DNA of 64,000 bases from Candidatus Staskawiczbacteria bacterium (GTDB lineage Bacteria; Patescibacteriota; Minisyncoccia; Minisyncoccales; Staskawiczbacteraceae). Positions 38,717 through 48,545 of the stretch are shown here, piece after piece. The position numbers and the translations under genes are program-made. The stretch is from the NCBI GenBank assembly GCA_903885445.1, contig CAISIO010000036.1, positions 37,485-101,484 of the forward strand. Reading direction: 5' to 3'. Every line of letters begins with the position of its first letter. The stretch's first letter is position 1. The notes under the pieces were generated by a model. That model was not told the DNA's origin, did no database searches, and worked only from the letters and a program-made list of their open reading frames with translations.

Positions 38717-38878
38717 CTACGCGCCGGACTGGTCGGCCAGGCGGGTGATCTTCTTGACCATGCCCATGTTGTCGGCGGCGTCGGCGGCAGGCGGATCGTT
38801 GTTGCGCCGGGTAGTCGCCTGATTGTTGGCATCCAGCAGATCCGCGCCCAGGGTACGATGCGTGCGTCGTCGGTTCAT
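38717..38878 (-). CDS. Small hypothetical protein (53 aa), GC-rich micro-island
   Basis: AGGAGA SD. TTGACA-17-TACGAT promoter with ~90-nt leader. Strong terminator GGCGACC..GGGTCGCC + T-run at 38640-38700. Confidence 0.4.
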   Translation of the reverse strand: MNRRRTHRTLGADLLDANNQATTRRNNDPPAADAADNMGMVKKITRLADQSGA

Positions 38879-39041
38879 GGTCGGTGTCTCCTAAGGAGCC
38901 GAAAGGTGCAGTGATGCGCCTAACCTTACACAGGTCAGTGTGTCTACACAATATAGGCACACGCGCATCGGTTGTTTATATTATCGTAGCTCCAACAAAA
39001 AACCGTGTCAAGAGTTAATAAAATTAACACAATGGCTGGAA

Positions 39042-40226
39042 TCACGCTTTTACTATTTTTTTAGAGAAGATTAGAAGCGAGATTACGGCAACTCCTGCCA
39101 TAATGGCGCCAAAGTAAAATGGAACTTGAGCTCCGAATTTGTCCCAAAGAAGCCCCGCAAAAAAACTGGCAGGGAGAGTTGTTAGCCCAACTGCCATGCC
39201 GTAAATGCCGAAGGCTCTGCCCCTGTGGTCGGGATTTACTATATCTGCCAGCAAAGCTTTTGAAACTCCCTGGCTTATGGCGTAGTAAATCCCATAGAAA
39301 CCATATAAAGCCCAGATTAAGATTGCGTGGGTGGAAACGGCAAATCCAAGATAAACCAAAGCATAGGCAAACCAGCCGATAATCAAAGTTGGAATTCTGC
39401 CAATTTTATCAGACAGCGAACCAAACGGAACCGCCGCCAGCGCGTAAACAAAATTAAAAAGCGCAATTACCAAAGGAATTTCCAGCAAAGTGATGCCGAG
39501 GTTTTTCGCGCGTAAAATTAAAAATGCGTCAGACGAGTTGCCTAAAGTGAAAATAATCACTATGGTTATAAAAATATAAAAATTTGCAGGAAGTTTGCCT
39601 TTTGCCGTGATAATTTCGGTTTTTGTAATTTGCGTTTTTGGGATTTCTCTTAATCTAAATACAAGCAACAAAGTTATGACTAAAGGTATTGCCGAAAAAA
39701 ACAAAATTTTATGATAAAGCGCGTTGCTGTTTTGGAAAATCCATAAAAGGAAAAATAAAATCAAAGGCCCGGCAACAGAGCCCAAAGTATCAAGCATTGT
39801 GGCGATGCCGAAACTCTTTCCACGGACATTTCTTTCTGACGAGCCAGCGATTAAAACATCTTTTGGAGGTTCTTTAATCCCCTTTCCCGATCCGTCTAAT
39901 AAGCGCAATCCGATGACCGAACCAATTGAAGTAAAAAAAACCAGCAAAACCCTGCCGAGCATTGATAAAAAATATCCAAGAAAAATTATAGGTTTTTGTT
40001 TTTTGAATTTGTCAGATAAAAAACCTGCTACAATGGCAAAAAAGTTTGCGCTGGCTGTAACGATACCTTCGGCAATGCCGACGACAGTTTTGTCAAAACC
40101 TAAAACAGAAGTTAAATAAACCGGCAAAATCGGCGAAAAAATATCCTGGCTTATCCCCCCAAAAAAACTTAAAAGCCCCACATACCAGATGTTTTTATTT
40201 TTCACCATATTTTTTCCTTGTTCCAT
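39042..40226 (-). CDS. MFS transporter
   Basis: 12-TM major facilitator topology. Confidence 0.8.
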   Translation of the reverse strand: MEQGKNMVKNKNIWYVGLLSFFGGISQDIFSPILPVYLTSVLGFDKTVVGIAEGIVTASANFFAIVAGFLSDKFKKQKPIIFLGYFLSMLGRVLLVFFTSIGSVIGLRLLDGSGKGIKEPPKDVLIAGSSERNVRGKSFGIATMLDTLGSVAGPLILFFLLWIFQNSNALYHKILFFSAIPLVITLLLVFRLREIPKTQITKTEIITAKGKLPANFYIFITIVIIFTLGNSSDAFLILRAKNLGITLLEIPLVIALFNFVYALAAVPFGSLSDKIGRIPTLIIGWFAYALVYLGFAVSTHAILIWALYGFYGIYYAISQGVSKALLADIVNPDHRGRAFGIYGMAVGLTTLPASFFAGLLWDKFGAQVPFYFGAIMAGVAVISLLIFSKKIVKA

Positions 40227-40240
40227 ATTCTGCTATTTTA

Positions 40241-40606
40241 TCACTTTCCTGGTTTGAGGTCTAAACACACAGAGTTTATGCAATAACGTTTTCCGGTTTC
40301 TGTCGGGCCATCATTAAAAACATGGCCTAAGTGCGAACCGCATTTTGAACAAATTATTTCTGTGCGATTTCCATCTTTTTGTTGTTTGATAGAGCCTTCA
40401 ATGGCCTTGTCAAAACTTGGCCAGCCCGTTCCAGAATCAAACTGCGCATCGGCAACGAACAATGGATTTCCACAATAAGAACAAACATAGGTACCATCTT
40501 CTGTTTTATGTACATACTTACCGGTGAATGGCGCTTCTGTCCCCTTCTCTACCATTACTTTATATTGTTCCGGCGTGAGTTTGTTTTTTAGTTCTTTTTC
40601 TGCCAT
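40241..40606 (-). CDS. msrB: Peptide methionine-R-sulfoxide reductase
   Basis: Two CxxC pairs and ...GWPSF... SelR signature. Confidence 0.9.
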   Translation of the reverse strand: MAEKELKNKLTPEQYKVMVEKGTEAPFTGKYVHKTEDGTYVCSYCGNPLFVADAQFDSGTGWPSFDKAIEGSIKQQKDGNRTEIICSKCGSHLGHVFNDGPTETGKRYCINSVCLDLKPGK

Positions 40607-40610
40607 AATT

Positions 40611-41171
40611 TTAAATATTTTTTAGAAGTTTTGCAAAATTCTTTTTAACCTTTTCTAATTTGGGGTTTATAACTACCCGGCAGTAGGCTTCTTCAGGATG
40701 TTTCTCGTAATAATCTCTGTGTTCGGGTTCTGCTTGATAAAAAATTCCTAACGGAGCCACATGCGTCACAATAGGCTTTCCGTGAGTTGTTGAGAAATTA
40801 ATTTGTTCAATAATTTTTTTAGCTTTTGCTTCCTGCTCTTTCGTTGTGCACAAAATCACTGAGCGATATTGCTCGCCCACATCATTGCCCTGCTTGTTTA
40901 CTGTTGTGGAGTCGTGGCTTGCAAAAAATACTGTCAACAAGTCTTCAAGCGAAATTTTATGGGGATCATAAACAACCTTAACAACCTCTGCGTGCCCGGT
41001 TGTTCCCGAGCGAACCTCCTCATAATCCGGACTCTCTGTGCGCCCTCCAGCGTAACCCGGCTCGACCGAGATGACTCCTTTTAACATTTTAAATACCGCC
41101 TCGGTGCACCAAAAGCATCCTCCTCCGAATACAATCGTTTCATGGCTATAATCTTCAGTAAAAATGCCCAT
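40611..41171 (-). CDS. msrA: Peptide methionine-S-sulfoxide reductase
   Basis: GGCFWC active-site motif. Confidence 0.9.
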   Translation of the reverse strand: MGIFTEDYSHETIVFGGGCFWCTEAVFKMLKGVISVEPGYAGGRTESPDYEEVRSGTTGHAEVVKVVYDPHKISLEDLLTVFFASHDSTTVNKQGNDVGEQYRSVILCTTKEQEAKAKKIIEQINFSTTHGKPIVTHVAPLGIFYQAEPEHRDYYEKHPEEAYCRVVINPKLEKVKKNFAKLLKNI

Positions 41172-41244
41172 AGATTTATTTTACGCTTTTTACATTAGTA
41201 TTACGTTAAACGCCACAAAAAAAGCGCCCTTTGGCGCTTTTTAA

Positions 41245-41487
41245 TTAGTGGTGGTCCTGTCCGTCGCTGTCGTGGTCGCAATCGCAATCTTCGCATTCGC
41301 ATTCTTGCTTGCGCATAAAATGACCCCATCCGCACATCGGGCACTTGCCCTTGCGCATCATCATTTTTATTCCGGCGGCTATAAAAAATATTGCCCAGAA
41401 AAATCCCCAGAAGCTTCCGTTCATTATTCCTAACGTGTTCAGCAGGATTGCCAAACCTAATGCAATAATTAGCGCTGCAAAAAACAT
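41245..41487 (-). CDS. Small membrane protein with Cys/His/Asp-rich C-terminal tail
   Basis: 2 TM helices then CPMCGWGHFMRKQECECEDCDCDHDSDGQDHH. Confidence 0.45.
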   Translation of the reverse strand: MFFAALIIALGLAILLNTLGIMNGSFWGFFWAIFFIAAGIKMMMRKGKCPMCGWGHFMRKQECECEDCDCDHDSDGQDHH

Positions 41488-41534
41488 AAATTTATTTAAT
41501 TTAATATTATTAAATAATTATATCACCTAATAAT

Positions 41535-43079
41535 TTACACTTCAACGAAGGTTTCTTCGCCGGTGTGGCCGGTCATCATTCTCTCCTTGGAAACTATTAT
41601 AAACAGAGAAAGCACCGAACCAATGAACAATAAAATTGAGGCGACAGTAAAAACCGGCTTGTACGCGTCAATTTGCGCTTTTAAAATAATCAGCTCCACG
41701 GCCTGCTGGTATATTGTCGGATTTATAATTTTTATAGCGCTATGATAGGCGGTGTTTAAAATATTAGCGTTAGTCGCGTTAGTTAGTATCGTACCGAAAA
41801 CCGCAATTCCGAAAGCACCCGCGATATTTCTGCCAAGCGCCAGTATAGATGAGGCAATTCCCATTTCTTCATTTGGCACAACCGCTGCAATGACCGAGGT
41901 TCTTTGCGCCATTCCAAAACCCAAACCCATAGCCATCACCGAAAGCGGGATGATTACATCTATGATGGTTGACCGCGGATCTAAAAAAGAAAACATGTAT
42001 ACTCCCATTGCCGCTACAAAAGTACTGATGAAAATAACTAATCTTGGCTGTATTTTACCTGTTAGGCTTCCTCCTATTGCCGAAGATATAACCATAAAGA
42101 ATGCCATCGGTATAAATATGTATCCGGTTTTTGTGGCGTCAAAACCCAAATATGTTTCAACAAAAATTGGGATTAAAAATACAGCTCCCATCAAAGCCAT
42201 AAAAACAACAAAGTTATTTACCAGAGTATTAACAAAAACGCTGTTTTTAAAAAACTTAAGGTCAACGATCGGTTCTTTTGCTTTTGCTTCGATATACAAA
42301 AATATGAAAGTAAATAAAATGGTGACAAAATAACAAACAACGCTTTGGTAAGCAAACCATCCCCAAACATTTCCCTGGTCAAGAACCAAAACCAGCGCCG
42401 AAAGCGCGCCCCCAAGACTAATCGCGCCCCACCAGTCAAAGTGTATTGTTTTGTGCTCTGACACAGATTCTCTTACAAATATAAACGCCATTATTAAGCC
42501 GACAATTCCAACAGGAATGTTTAGCAAAAATATTGACCTCCAGCCGAAAATATCAATCATCGGGCCTCCGATTAACGGGCCGAATACCGAGGCGGCCGCA
42601 AAGGAGACGGACCACAAGCCCAAAGCCTGCGCGCGTTCTTTTCCGTTTGCAAAAGTTACAGCCAAGATTGCCATTGCTGTGGGGTAATCAGCCGAGCCGG
42701 CAATTGCTTGAATAACCCTGAAAACAAGCATAGAGCTCAGGTTCCAGGCAAAACCCGCCAATGCCGAGCCAAAAATAAAAATTGAAAATCCTAAAATATA
42801 AACTTTTTTTCTGCCGATTGTGTCTCCAAGTTTTCCCCAAATGGGAACAAAAACCGCGTTAGCTAAAATATACGCGGTCGCAATCCAGCTGGCGGAGGTG
42901 ACTGTAATTTTAAAGTCGGTAATTATTTTTGGCAGGGCCAAATTCACAATTGTTTGGTCCAGTCTGCCCAAAAAAGTTCCGATGATTACGGTCAGTAATA
43001 CCAGCCACTTAAAATTTTTGTGAGTTTCCTCAATCATTTGGATTTTATTTGTAAATCCAAAGCTTTGCAGACATCCCAT
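41535..43079 (-). CDS. MFS drug exporter, DHA2 (14-TMS, EmrB/QacA-like)
   Basis: 514 aa, 14 predicted TM helices, MFS motifs. Confidence 0.8.
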   Translation of the reverse strand: MGCLQSFGFTNKIQMIEETHKNFKWLVLLTVIIGTFLGRLDQTIVNLALPKIITDFKITVTSASWIATAYILANAVFVPIWGKLGDTIGRKKVYILGFSIFIFGSALAGFAWNLSSMLVFRVIQAIAGSADYPTAMAILAVTFANGKERAQALGLWSVSFAAASVFGPLIGGPMIDIFGWRSIFLLNIPVGIVGLIMAFIFVRESVSEHKTIHFDWWGAISLGGALSALVLVLDQGNVWGWFAYQSVVCYFVTILFTFIFLYIEAKAKEPIVDLKFFKNSVFVNTLVNNFVVFMALMGAVFLIPIFVETYLGFDATKTGYIFIPMAFFMVISSAIGGSLTGKIQPRLVIFISTFVAAMGVYMFSFLDPRSTIIDVIIPLSVMAMGLGFGMAQRTSVIAAVVPNEEMGIASSILALGRNIAGAFGIAVFGTILTNATNANILNTAYHSAIKIINPTIYQQAVELIILKAQIDAYKPVFTVASILLFIGSVLSLFIIVSKERMMTGHTGEETFVEV

Positions 43080-43695
43080 TTTTCAATTCCGGGTATTGGC
43101 TTATATCAAACCGGGCCTTAATGTCAAAATCGTTTTCCTGCCTGGCGCCGGAAATATTAAAAACAATATCGCCCGAGTTGGCAGTAGGATTTATCTGGTC
43201 AACAATCCCAGGATATTGTTTTGACCCGAAGGCATCAACCGTAAAAATAGCTGTTTGCCCAATTTTAATATCCTTCAGCCCTTTATCTTCCTGGACCTGG
43301 CCCACAACCCTCAAATCTTCACGATTCATCATCGTGGCAACCGGCTGTCCCGGCCCGAAAGAAGCTCCGGCATTTGTGTTTATAGATAGAATCTGGCCCA
43401 CCGAAGGCGCTTTAATAAGCTCGTTCCCTACTCTTGCTATTGGAGCAGATATCTGCACGTTGTCTCCAATATTAACGAAAACTTCCTGTAATATTCCTCC
43501 AACCGCTGGAGATAAATTTATAACCGGCGCAGAAATGGTTGAATTTTCTATGTAAACTCTGCTAGAAGCGATACTCCAATATATAAGCCCGCCCGCTCCA
43601 ACTAAAATTATCACGGCAATGCCGGCAACAATTAATATTTTGTTACGTGTATTTTTTACTATTTTTTGTTCGGTTCCTTCTATATTATTTTCCAT
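43045..43695 (-). CDS. HlyD-family periplasmic adaptor (short, EmrA-like)
   Basis: N-terminal TM anchor, biotinyl/lipoyl-like and beta-barrel segments. Confidence 0.6.
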   Translation of the reverse strand: MENNIEGTEQKIVKNTRNKILIVAGIAVIILVGAGGLIYWSIASSRVYIENSTISAPVINLSPAVGGILQEVFVNIGDNVQISAPIARVGNELIKAPSVGQILSINTNAGASFGPGQPVATMMNREDLRVVGQVQEDKGLKDIKIGQTAIFTVDAFGSKQYPGIVDQINPTANSGDIVFNISGARQENDFDIKARFDISQYPELKNGMSAKLWIYK

Positions 43696-43699
43696 AGTT

Positions 43700-45142
43700 T
43701 TAATAGGCTAATACTCTTTCGCCCAATTTTAATCCTGAAATAATTTCAACATTTTTATCGTCGCTGAGCCCAATCGAAACCTCTCTTGTTTCTTTCTTTG
43801 GATTTCCGCTGTCAACGATTACGAAATACTTGTTATTATTTTGTATAACTGCTGATTTGGGAACCAGCAAAACATTTGTGTGAGTTTCAGAAACTAGAAT
43901 TATATTCGCAGTCATACCCGGTTTTATTGAGCTATCTTGGCTTTTAAATTTTAGCTTTGCTCCATAAGCCGACACGCCGTTTATAATTGTGGGCGCCGAA
44001 TCAATGGAAATAATTGTGGCCGGGAAAACAGCGTTAGTTCCAAAGGCATCAAGCGTTACATTTGCTTGGCCGCCAACTTTTGCGTTAGTTAAATCTATTT
44101 CGGAAATATTGGTATTTATTTCTAAATTATTATTTGAGATTGTTATAACGGGAACATTTGAAGAAACAATCTGTCCTAAAACAATGTTATCTTTATCCAC
44201 CTGGCCTGCAAATAGCGCCCAAATTACTGTCTTTGAAATTTGAGTTTTTATGGCGCCAATGTTTGCCTGCGCCGCTTCAATCTGCGCGTCCGTCGTGCTT
44301 ATTGTCGCGGAATTATTAACCTTTTGCGCCGAAATTGCTTGTATATTGGCGGAAGTAGTAATAATTTCTAAATTAATATTTGTCTTTGCCGCGCTTATGC
44401 CCGCTCTTTCCGTAGAAGCCATTGACGGGTCAATCGGCAAAGCGTTGACCGAATCGCCCACATTTTGCAAAGCAATTTGCGAAGCTGAAAGCGCTCTATC
44501 TATATTTTCCTGCGTCGGGCTATTTATTGCATCCTGGACCAATCCAAAAGCCCCGCCATTTAATTGGCTTATCGCCTGCGATGTCCAAGATCCGGCGTCC
44601 GGGCGGCCAAGCAAAGAATTAACTGCCCTTGCTTTCACGTCCTGCAGGGCGATGTTTTGCTGATTTTGGGCGGTAAAATGGCTGTATTGTATGTCGGAAA
44701 TTGTAAGCAAAATATCCTTTGCCGCGGTTACAGATTTTTGCACGGCGCTCAAACTGCCAGCATAAAGAGTTTGCAGGCTTGCGCTTGTTTTGCTTTGTAC
44801 GGTGTCTATGTTCAAAGCGTCCAATTGTGCTTGCGCTTGTTTTAATTGGGATTGCAAAACCGAGCTGTCGATTGCCGCAAGAGCCTGCCCGCTATAAATT
44901 TTGGCGCCGACTTTTACATAATTTGCCACAATCCTTCCCTGTGTTTCAAAAGCCAAGTCAACTCCTTGGGAGGCTCGTACCTGCCCTGTTAAATTTATTC
45001 TTTCTGTAACGTCGCCATTTTTTGCCTCGACTGAAAATATTTTTATTGGCGAATTACTGCCGAAAATAAAATATAAAACCACGGCAATTATGATTACCGC
45101 GATTGCAATTCCGGCTATTAATAAATTTTTAGGTATTTTCAT
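43700..45142 (-). CDS. HlyD-family membrane-fusion protein with long coiled-coil hairpin
   Basis: N-terminal TM anchor, long alpha-helical region, C-terminal beta-barrel domain. Confidence 0.65.
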   Translation of the reverse strand: MKIPKNLLIAGIAIAVIIIAVVLYFIFGSNSPIKIFSVEAKNGDVTERINLTGQVRASQGVDLAFETQGRIVANYVKVGAKIYSGQALAAIDSSVLQSQLKQAQAQLDALNIDTVQSKTSASLQTLYAGSLSAVQKSVTAAKDILLTISDIQYSHFTAQNQQNIALQDVKARAVNSLLGRPDAGSWTSQAISQLNGGAFGLVQDAINSPTQENIDRALSASQIALQNVGDSVNALPIDPSMASTERAGISAAKTNINLEIITTSANIQAISAQKVNNSATISTTDAQIEAAQANIGAIKTQISKTVIWALFAGQVDKDNIVLGQIVSSNVPVITISNNNLEINTNISEIDLTNAKVGGQANVTLDAFGTNAVFPATIISIDSAPTIINGVSAYGAKLKFKSQDSSIKPGMTANIILVSETHTNVLLVPKSAVIQNNNKYFVIVDSGNPKKETREVSIGLSDDKNVEIISGLKLGERVLAY

Positions 45143-45183
45143 AATTTTTTATTATATTACAAAATTGAGGCATTGTCAATGTA

Positions 45184-45578
45184 ATAATACAAAAAAAATC
45201 GGCCACGGGAGGGGGCATTCTCCCGTGGCCTTACTGCACGGCCGAGGGACGACCGCATGCTTGCCCAGCGTAACGGCTGGGCTGACGTTTGAAAGGAACT
45301 GCTGGCAGTACTATGCCAAGCAAAGATGGTAAATAAAACAGTTGACGGGTGAGTTCCGGCGGTAATGCGTTGCGGGAATGTATTCCTGGTGCGCGGGTCC
45401 GCATTCCTCCGCTCGCCGCGCTGTGCCCGGAAACATAAGATTCCCACGGAGACCTTGCATTCGCCGCTTCACGATGCCGGGGGTTGGATTCTGCCCGTAG
45501 TGCGTGACCGATTGGGGGCCATCGTTGCCCATTTTGACCACATGGGTCCGTATCGGCACCCGCCAACTGTCTCTCAAC
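45184..45578 (-). ncRNA. Candidate GC-rich structured RNA (~395 nt), class unknown
   Basis: Minus-strand TTGACG-17-TAGATT promoter (45586-45614). Transcript ends at GGCCACGGGAG..CTCCCGTGGCC + T8 terminator (45190-45221). Many local and long-range helices (UUCCGG/CCGGAA enclosing GCGCGG/CCGCGC; UGGCA/UGCCA; CCCAGC/GCUGGG). All overlapping ORFs in 4 frames look like GC-driven junk. Confidence 0.4.
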
Positions 45579-45636
45579 TAATTCAAATCTACTACAACAA
45601 AAAAGCGCCGTCAAGCGCATCTTTGTTTTAATTTTT

Positions 45637-46134
45637 CTATTTTCCGTTAATAGAAAGCATATCGATTTCAAATACCAAGGTTGAGTTTGCGGGAATCAGC
45701 GGACTCGGGCTTCTCTCTCCGTAGGCTAATTCTGGTGGAATTGTCAGTTTTCTTTTTTCGCCGACCTTCATTCCCAAAACCCCCAAATTCCAGCCCTGTA
45801 TAACCTGGCCGGGCAATGAAAACTCAAAAGGCGTTCTTCCCGGGTTAAGGCTTGAATCAAACGGTGTTCCGTCCGTTAAAGTTCCCGAGTAATTTACTGT
45901 GACTGAATCTCCATTTTTTGCTCCCTCGCCAGTCCCCTGTTTTAAAATTTCTACTTTCATACCTTGTATCATAAAATTATTTGAATTGTTTGAATTAATA
46001 TTTTGCTCAGCCGCCGCATTTTTTTTCATGCGTTCGTCTGTAGTTGATTTATCCCAGGCCAACCAAATTACGCCGATTATCGCAATTAACATTACTACTA
46101 TTATGATGCTTAATATTATAGATATTTTATTCAT
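45637..46134 (-). CDS. FKBP-type peptidyl-prolyl cis-trans isomerase (membrane-anchored)
   Basis: FKBP domain motifs ...VTVNYSGTLTDGTPFDSS...GWNLGVLGMKVGEKRKLTIPPELAYG...LVFEIDML. Confidence 0.85.
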   Translation of the reverse strand: MNKISIILSIIIVVMLIAIIGVIWLAWDKSTTDERMKKNAAAEQNINSNNSNNFMIQGMKVEILKQGTGEGAKNGDSVTVNYSGTLTDGTPFDSSLNPGRTPFEFSLPGQVIQGWNLGVLGMKVGEKRKLTIPPELAYGERSPSPLIPANSTLVFEIDMLSINGK

Positions 46135-46138
46135 GATT

Positions 46139-46579
46139 TTATTTATTATTTGAACTTGGCATACATTTTGGGTCGCTTCTTATTTGGATTGACTGGGCCG
46201 TAAAACTGCCATCAGAGTTAGGAGCGCCCGTAACGTTTACCAGCTGGCAGTTCCCTGGCAGTAAATTACCCGCGTTTCCCAGGATCAACTGCTGTATTTG
46301 CGTTGTGTTTGAATAAAAAACAATTTTTGATCCGCCTGCAGGCAAGCTTACAGTAATACTGTTGCTGTCTTTGCTAATAAGGCTTCCTGAAACAAAATTA
46401 CCACCAGCTCCAGCTCCCGCGATTCCTGTTCTATTTGCCCTTGCCCCCTGGAAGTTAGCGGCTGAAAAGGCCGGGCGCGCATTTTGGCTTTTACCGTAAA
46501 GCATTCCCCCATAAAAAGCCCCGCCGGCCACGACGACCAAAACAATTGTCGAAACTATTATCATATTTTTTTTGCCCAT
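46139..46579 (-). CDS. Hypothetical secreted protein
   Basis: 146-aa ORF with N-terminal TM/signal. Confidence 0.4.
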   Translation of the reverse strand: MGKKNMIIVSTIVLVVVAGGAFYGGMLYGKSQNARPAFSAANFQGARANRTGIAGAGAGGNFVSGSLISKDSNSITVSLPAGGSKIVFYSNTTQIQQLILGNAGNLLPGNCQLVNVTGAPNSDGSFTAQSIQIRSDPKCMPSSNNK

Positions 46580-46609
46580 GAATTTTTTGATTTATTAATT
46601 AATATTATA

Positions 46610-47842
46610 CTACTCATATCTTAAAGCTTCAATTGGATTGAGTTTTGCGGCTCTTTTGGCAGGATAATATCCAAAGACAATTCCAATGCCCGCTGAAACC
46701 GCAACCGCCAAAATTATTGAAAATAAAGAAACCTGCGTCTGGTAAAAATTAAAGTATTTAATTCCCCACGAAATTATCCAGCCCAAAAAAACCCCCACTA
46801 ATCCGCCCGTAAACGTTAAAACCACAGCTTCTGTCAAAAATTGCAAAGTTATATCTTTGGCTTTAGCTCCAATTGCTTTGCGAAGGCCAATTTCTTTTGT
46901 TCTTTCTGTGACAGTTGTAAGCATCATATTCATAATTCCAATTCCGCCCACCAGCAAAGAGATTCCCGCAATTGCTCCAAGCAGAATTGTTAAAGTTTGG
47001 CTTACGCTGGAAATGCTTGATAGTATATCCGCCTGGTTTTGCACCGTAAAATCAGCCATCGTCGAGTCGGCAATATTGTGGCGCTCCAACAACAAACTGG
47101 TAACATCATTTTGCGCCCCTGTCATTAAATTAGAGCTGGAAATTTGTAAATCTATTTCTGATAAATATTTATTTCCCGTAAAATATCTTTGCGAAACCGT
47201 ATATGGAATATAAATCCTGTCATCCTGATTTTGGAACCCGCTTCCGCCTTTTGCTTTTGTAACTCCAATAACCTGAAATTCCATTTTGTTAATTTTTATA
47301 GTCTGCCCAATCGCGTCGCTTGGAACAGCATCGGTTCCAAATAAATCAACCACAACTGTCGGACCAATAACCGCGACTCTTGAAACATTATCAACGTCTT
47401 GTGAAGAAATAAAAACTCCTTGGTCAACGCCCAAGTTCCTCACTTCTGGATACGTGTCGCCAGTTCCCATTATGGAAGTGTTTGTGTTATTTCCTTTGTA
47501 AACCACCTGGTATCTGCCTGAAACCTCGGGGGCCATATATTGGACAGACAAAACTTGGCTGGCGATGGCGTTTGCGTCATCAACCGTAAGCGACTGGGCT
47601 GTTCCGCCGGCCGAACGCACTCCCGCTCCAAAGGTTCTAGCGGCGCCCGGAGTTATCATTAGAAGATTAGACCCGGTTGATTCAATGCTTGCCTGTATAG
47701 AGCTTGTCGCGCCCTGCCCTACTGACACCATCACAATTACCGAGCTTATTCCAATTACAATACCTAAAATCGTAAGCCCGGTTCTGGCCTTGTTCGACGT
47801 CAATGCTAAAAATGTTTCCTCTAACGTGTCAGATAATTTCAT
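46610..47842 (-). CDS. macB: ABC transporter permease, MacB/FtsX family
   Basis: N-terminal TM, periplasmic MacB_PCD-like domain, C-terminal FtsX 3-TM domain. Confidence 0.8.
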   Translation of the reverse strand: MKLSDTLEETFLALTSNKARTGLTILGIVIGISSVIVMVSVGQGATSSIQASIESTGSNLLMITPGAARTFGAGVRSAGGTAQSLTVDDANAIASQVLSVQYMAPEVSGRYQVVYKGNNTNTSIMGTGDTYPEVRNLGVDQGVFISSQDVDNVSRVAVIGPTVVVDLFGTDAVPSDAIGQTIKINKMEFQVIGVTKAKGGSGFQNQDDRIYIPYTVSQRYFTGNKYLSEIDLQISSSNLMTGAQNDVTSLLLERHNIADSTMADFTVQNQADILSSISSVSQTLTILLGAIAGISLLVGGIGIMNMMLTTVTERTKEIGLRKAIGAKAKDITLQFLTEAVVLTFTGGLVGVFLGWIISWGIKYFNFYQTQVSLFSIILAVAVSAGIGIVFGYYPAKRAAKLNPIEALRYE

Positions 47843-47843
47843 T

Positions 47844-48536
47844 TTATCTTTTCTTGTGGTCTTTTGAGTCGCTTGTTATAAGCCCGTCTTTTATAAAAAT
47901 AATCCTGTCAGCATGCTCTGCCACATCGTGTTCGTGCGTGATAAGTATAATAGTCCTTCCGTGTTCTTTATTTAATTTTCTGAAAGTTTCCAAAACAATT
48001 TCACCGGTTTTTGAATCCAGGTTTCCCGTCGGTTCGTCAGCTAAAATCAAAGTCGGATTATTAACCAGAGCCCTGGCAATTGCGACTCTTTGGATTTGTC
48101 CGCCCGATAATTGATTCGACAAGTGATCAAAATATTCCTCGTCCAGCCCGGCTGCTTTTAATGATGCCCTGGCTCTTTTTTCGCGTTCTATTTTTTCGAC
48201 GCCGGTATAAACCAATGGCAAGGATACGTTTCGCAAGGCTGTTGCTCTTGGCAAAAGATTAAATGCCTGGAAAACAAAACCGATTTTATTTTTTCTTATG
48301 TCAGCCAATTCGTCTTCGTTCAAGGTCGAAACGTCTTTGCCGTCTAAAAAATAGGATCCTGTTGTGGGCGTATCCAGGCATCCTAAAATGTGCATTAGAG
48401 TCGACTTCCCGGAACCGGAGGGTCCCATTATTGCCACAAACTCGCCGTCTTTTATATTAAAACTCACACCGGAAAGAGCTTGAAACCCAACGGTTCCTGT
48501 TTGGTAAATTTTTACGATATTTTTAATTTCAATCAC
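47844..48536 (-). CDS. ABC transporter ATP-binding protein
   Basis: Walker A GPSGSGKST, signature LSGGQIQRVAIARAL, Walker B ILADEPTGNLD. Confidence 0.9.
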   Translation of the reverse strand: MIEIKNIVKIYQTGTVGFQALSGVSFNIKDGEFVAIMGPSGSGKSTLMHILGCLDTPTTGSYFLDGKDVSTLNEDELADIRKNKIGFVFQAFNLLPRATALRNVSLPLVYTGVEKIEREKRARASLKAAGLDEEYFDHLSNQLSGGQIQRVAIARALVNNPTLILADEPTGNLDSKTGEIVLETFRKLNKEHGRTIILITHEHDVAEHADRIIFIKDGLITSDSKDHKKR

Positions 48537-48545
48537 GTTTGATTC

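Noticed and set aside
38257-38822. Plus-strand ORFs 38257..38625 and 38391..38822
   Set aside because: Antisense to promoter-defined minus-strand micro-genes in GC-rich DNA.
45184-45578. Tried to assign ncRNA 2 to RNase P, tmRNA or group II intron domain V
   Set aside because: No conserved signature found by eye. Left unclassified.
45157-45671. Four overlapping ORFs in three frames on both strands (45157..45447, 45231..45671, 45311..45577, 45365..45631)
   Set aside because: Mutually overlapping, low-complexity Arg/Pro/Gly-rich translations with no RBS inside a promoter-to-terminator GC-rich transcript. Interpreted as non-coding.
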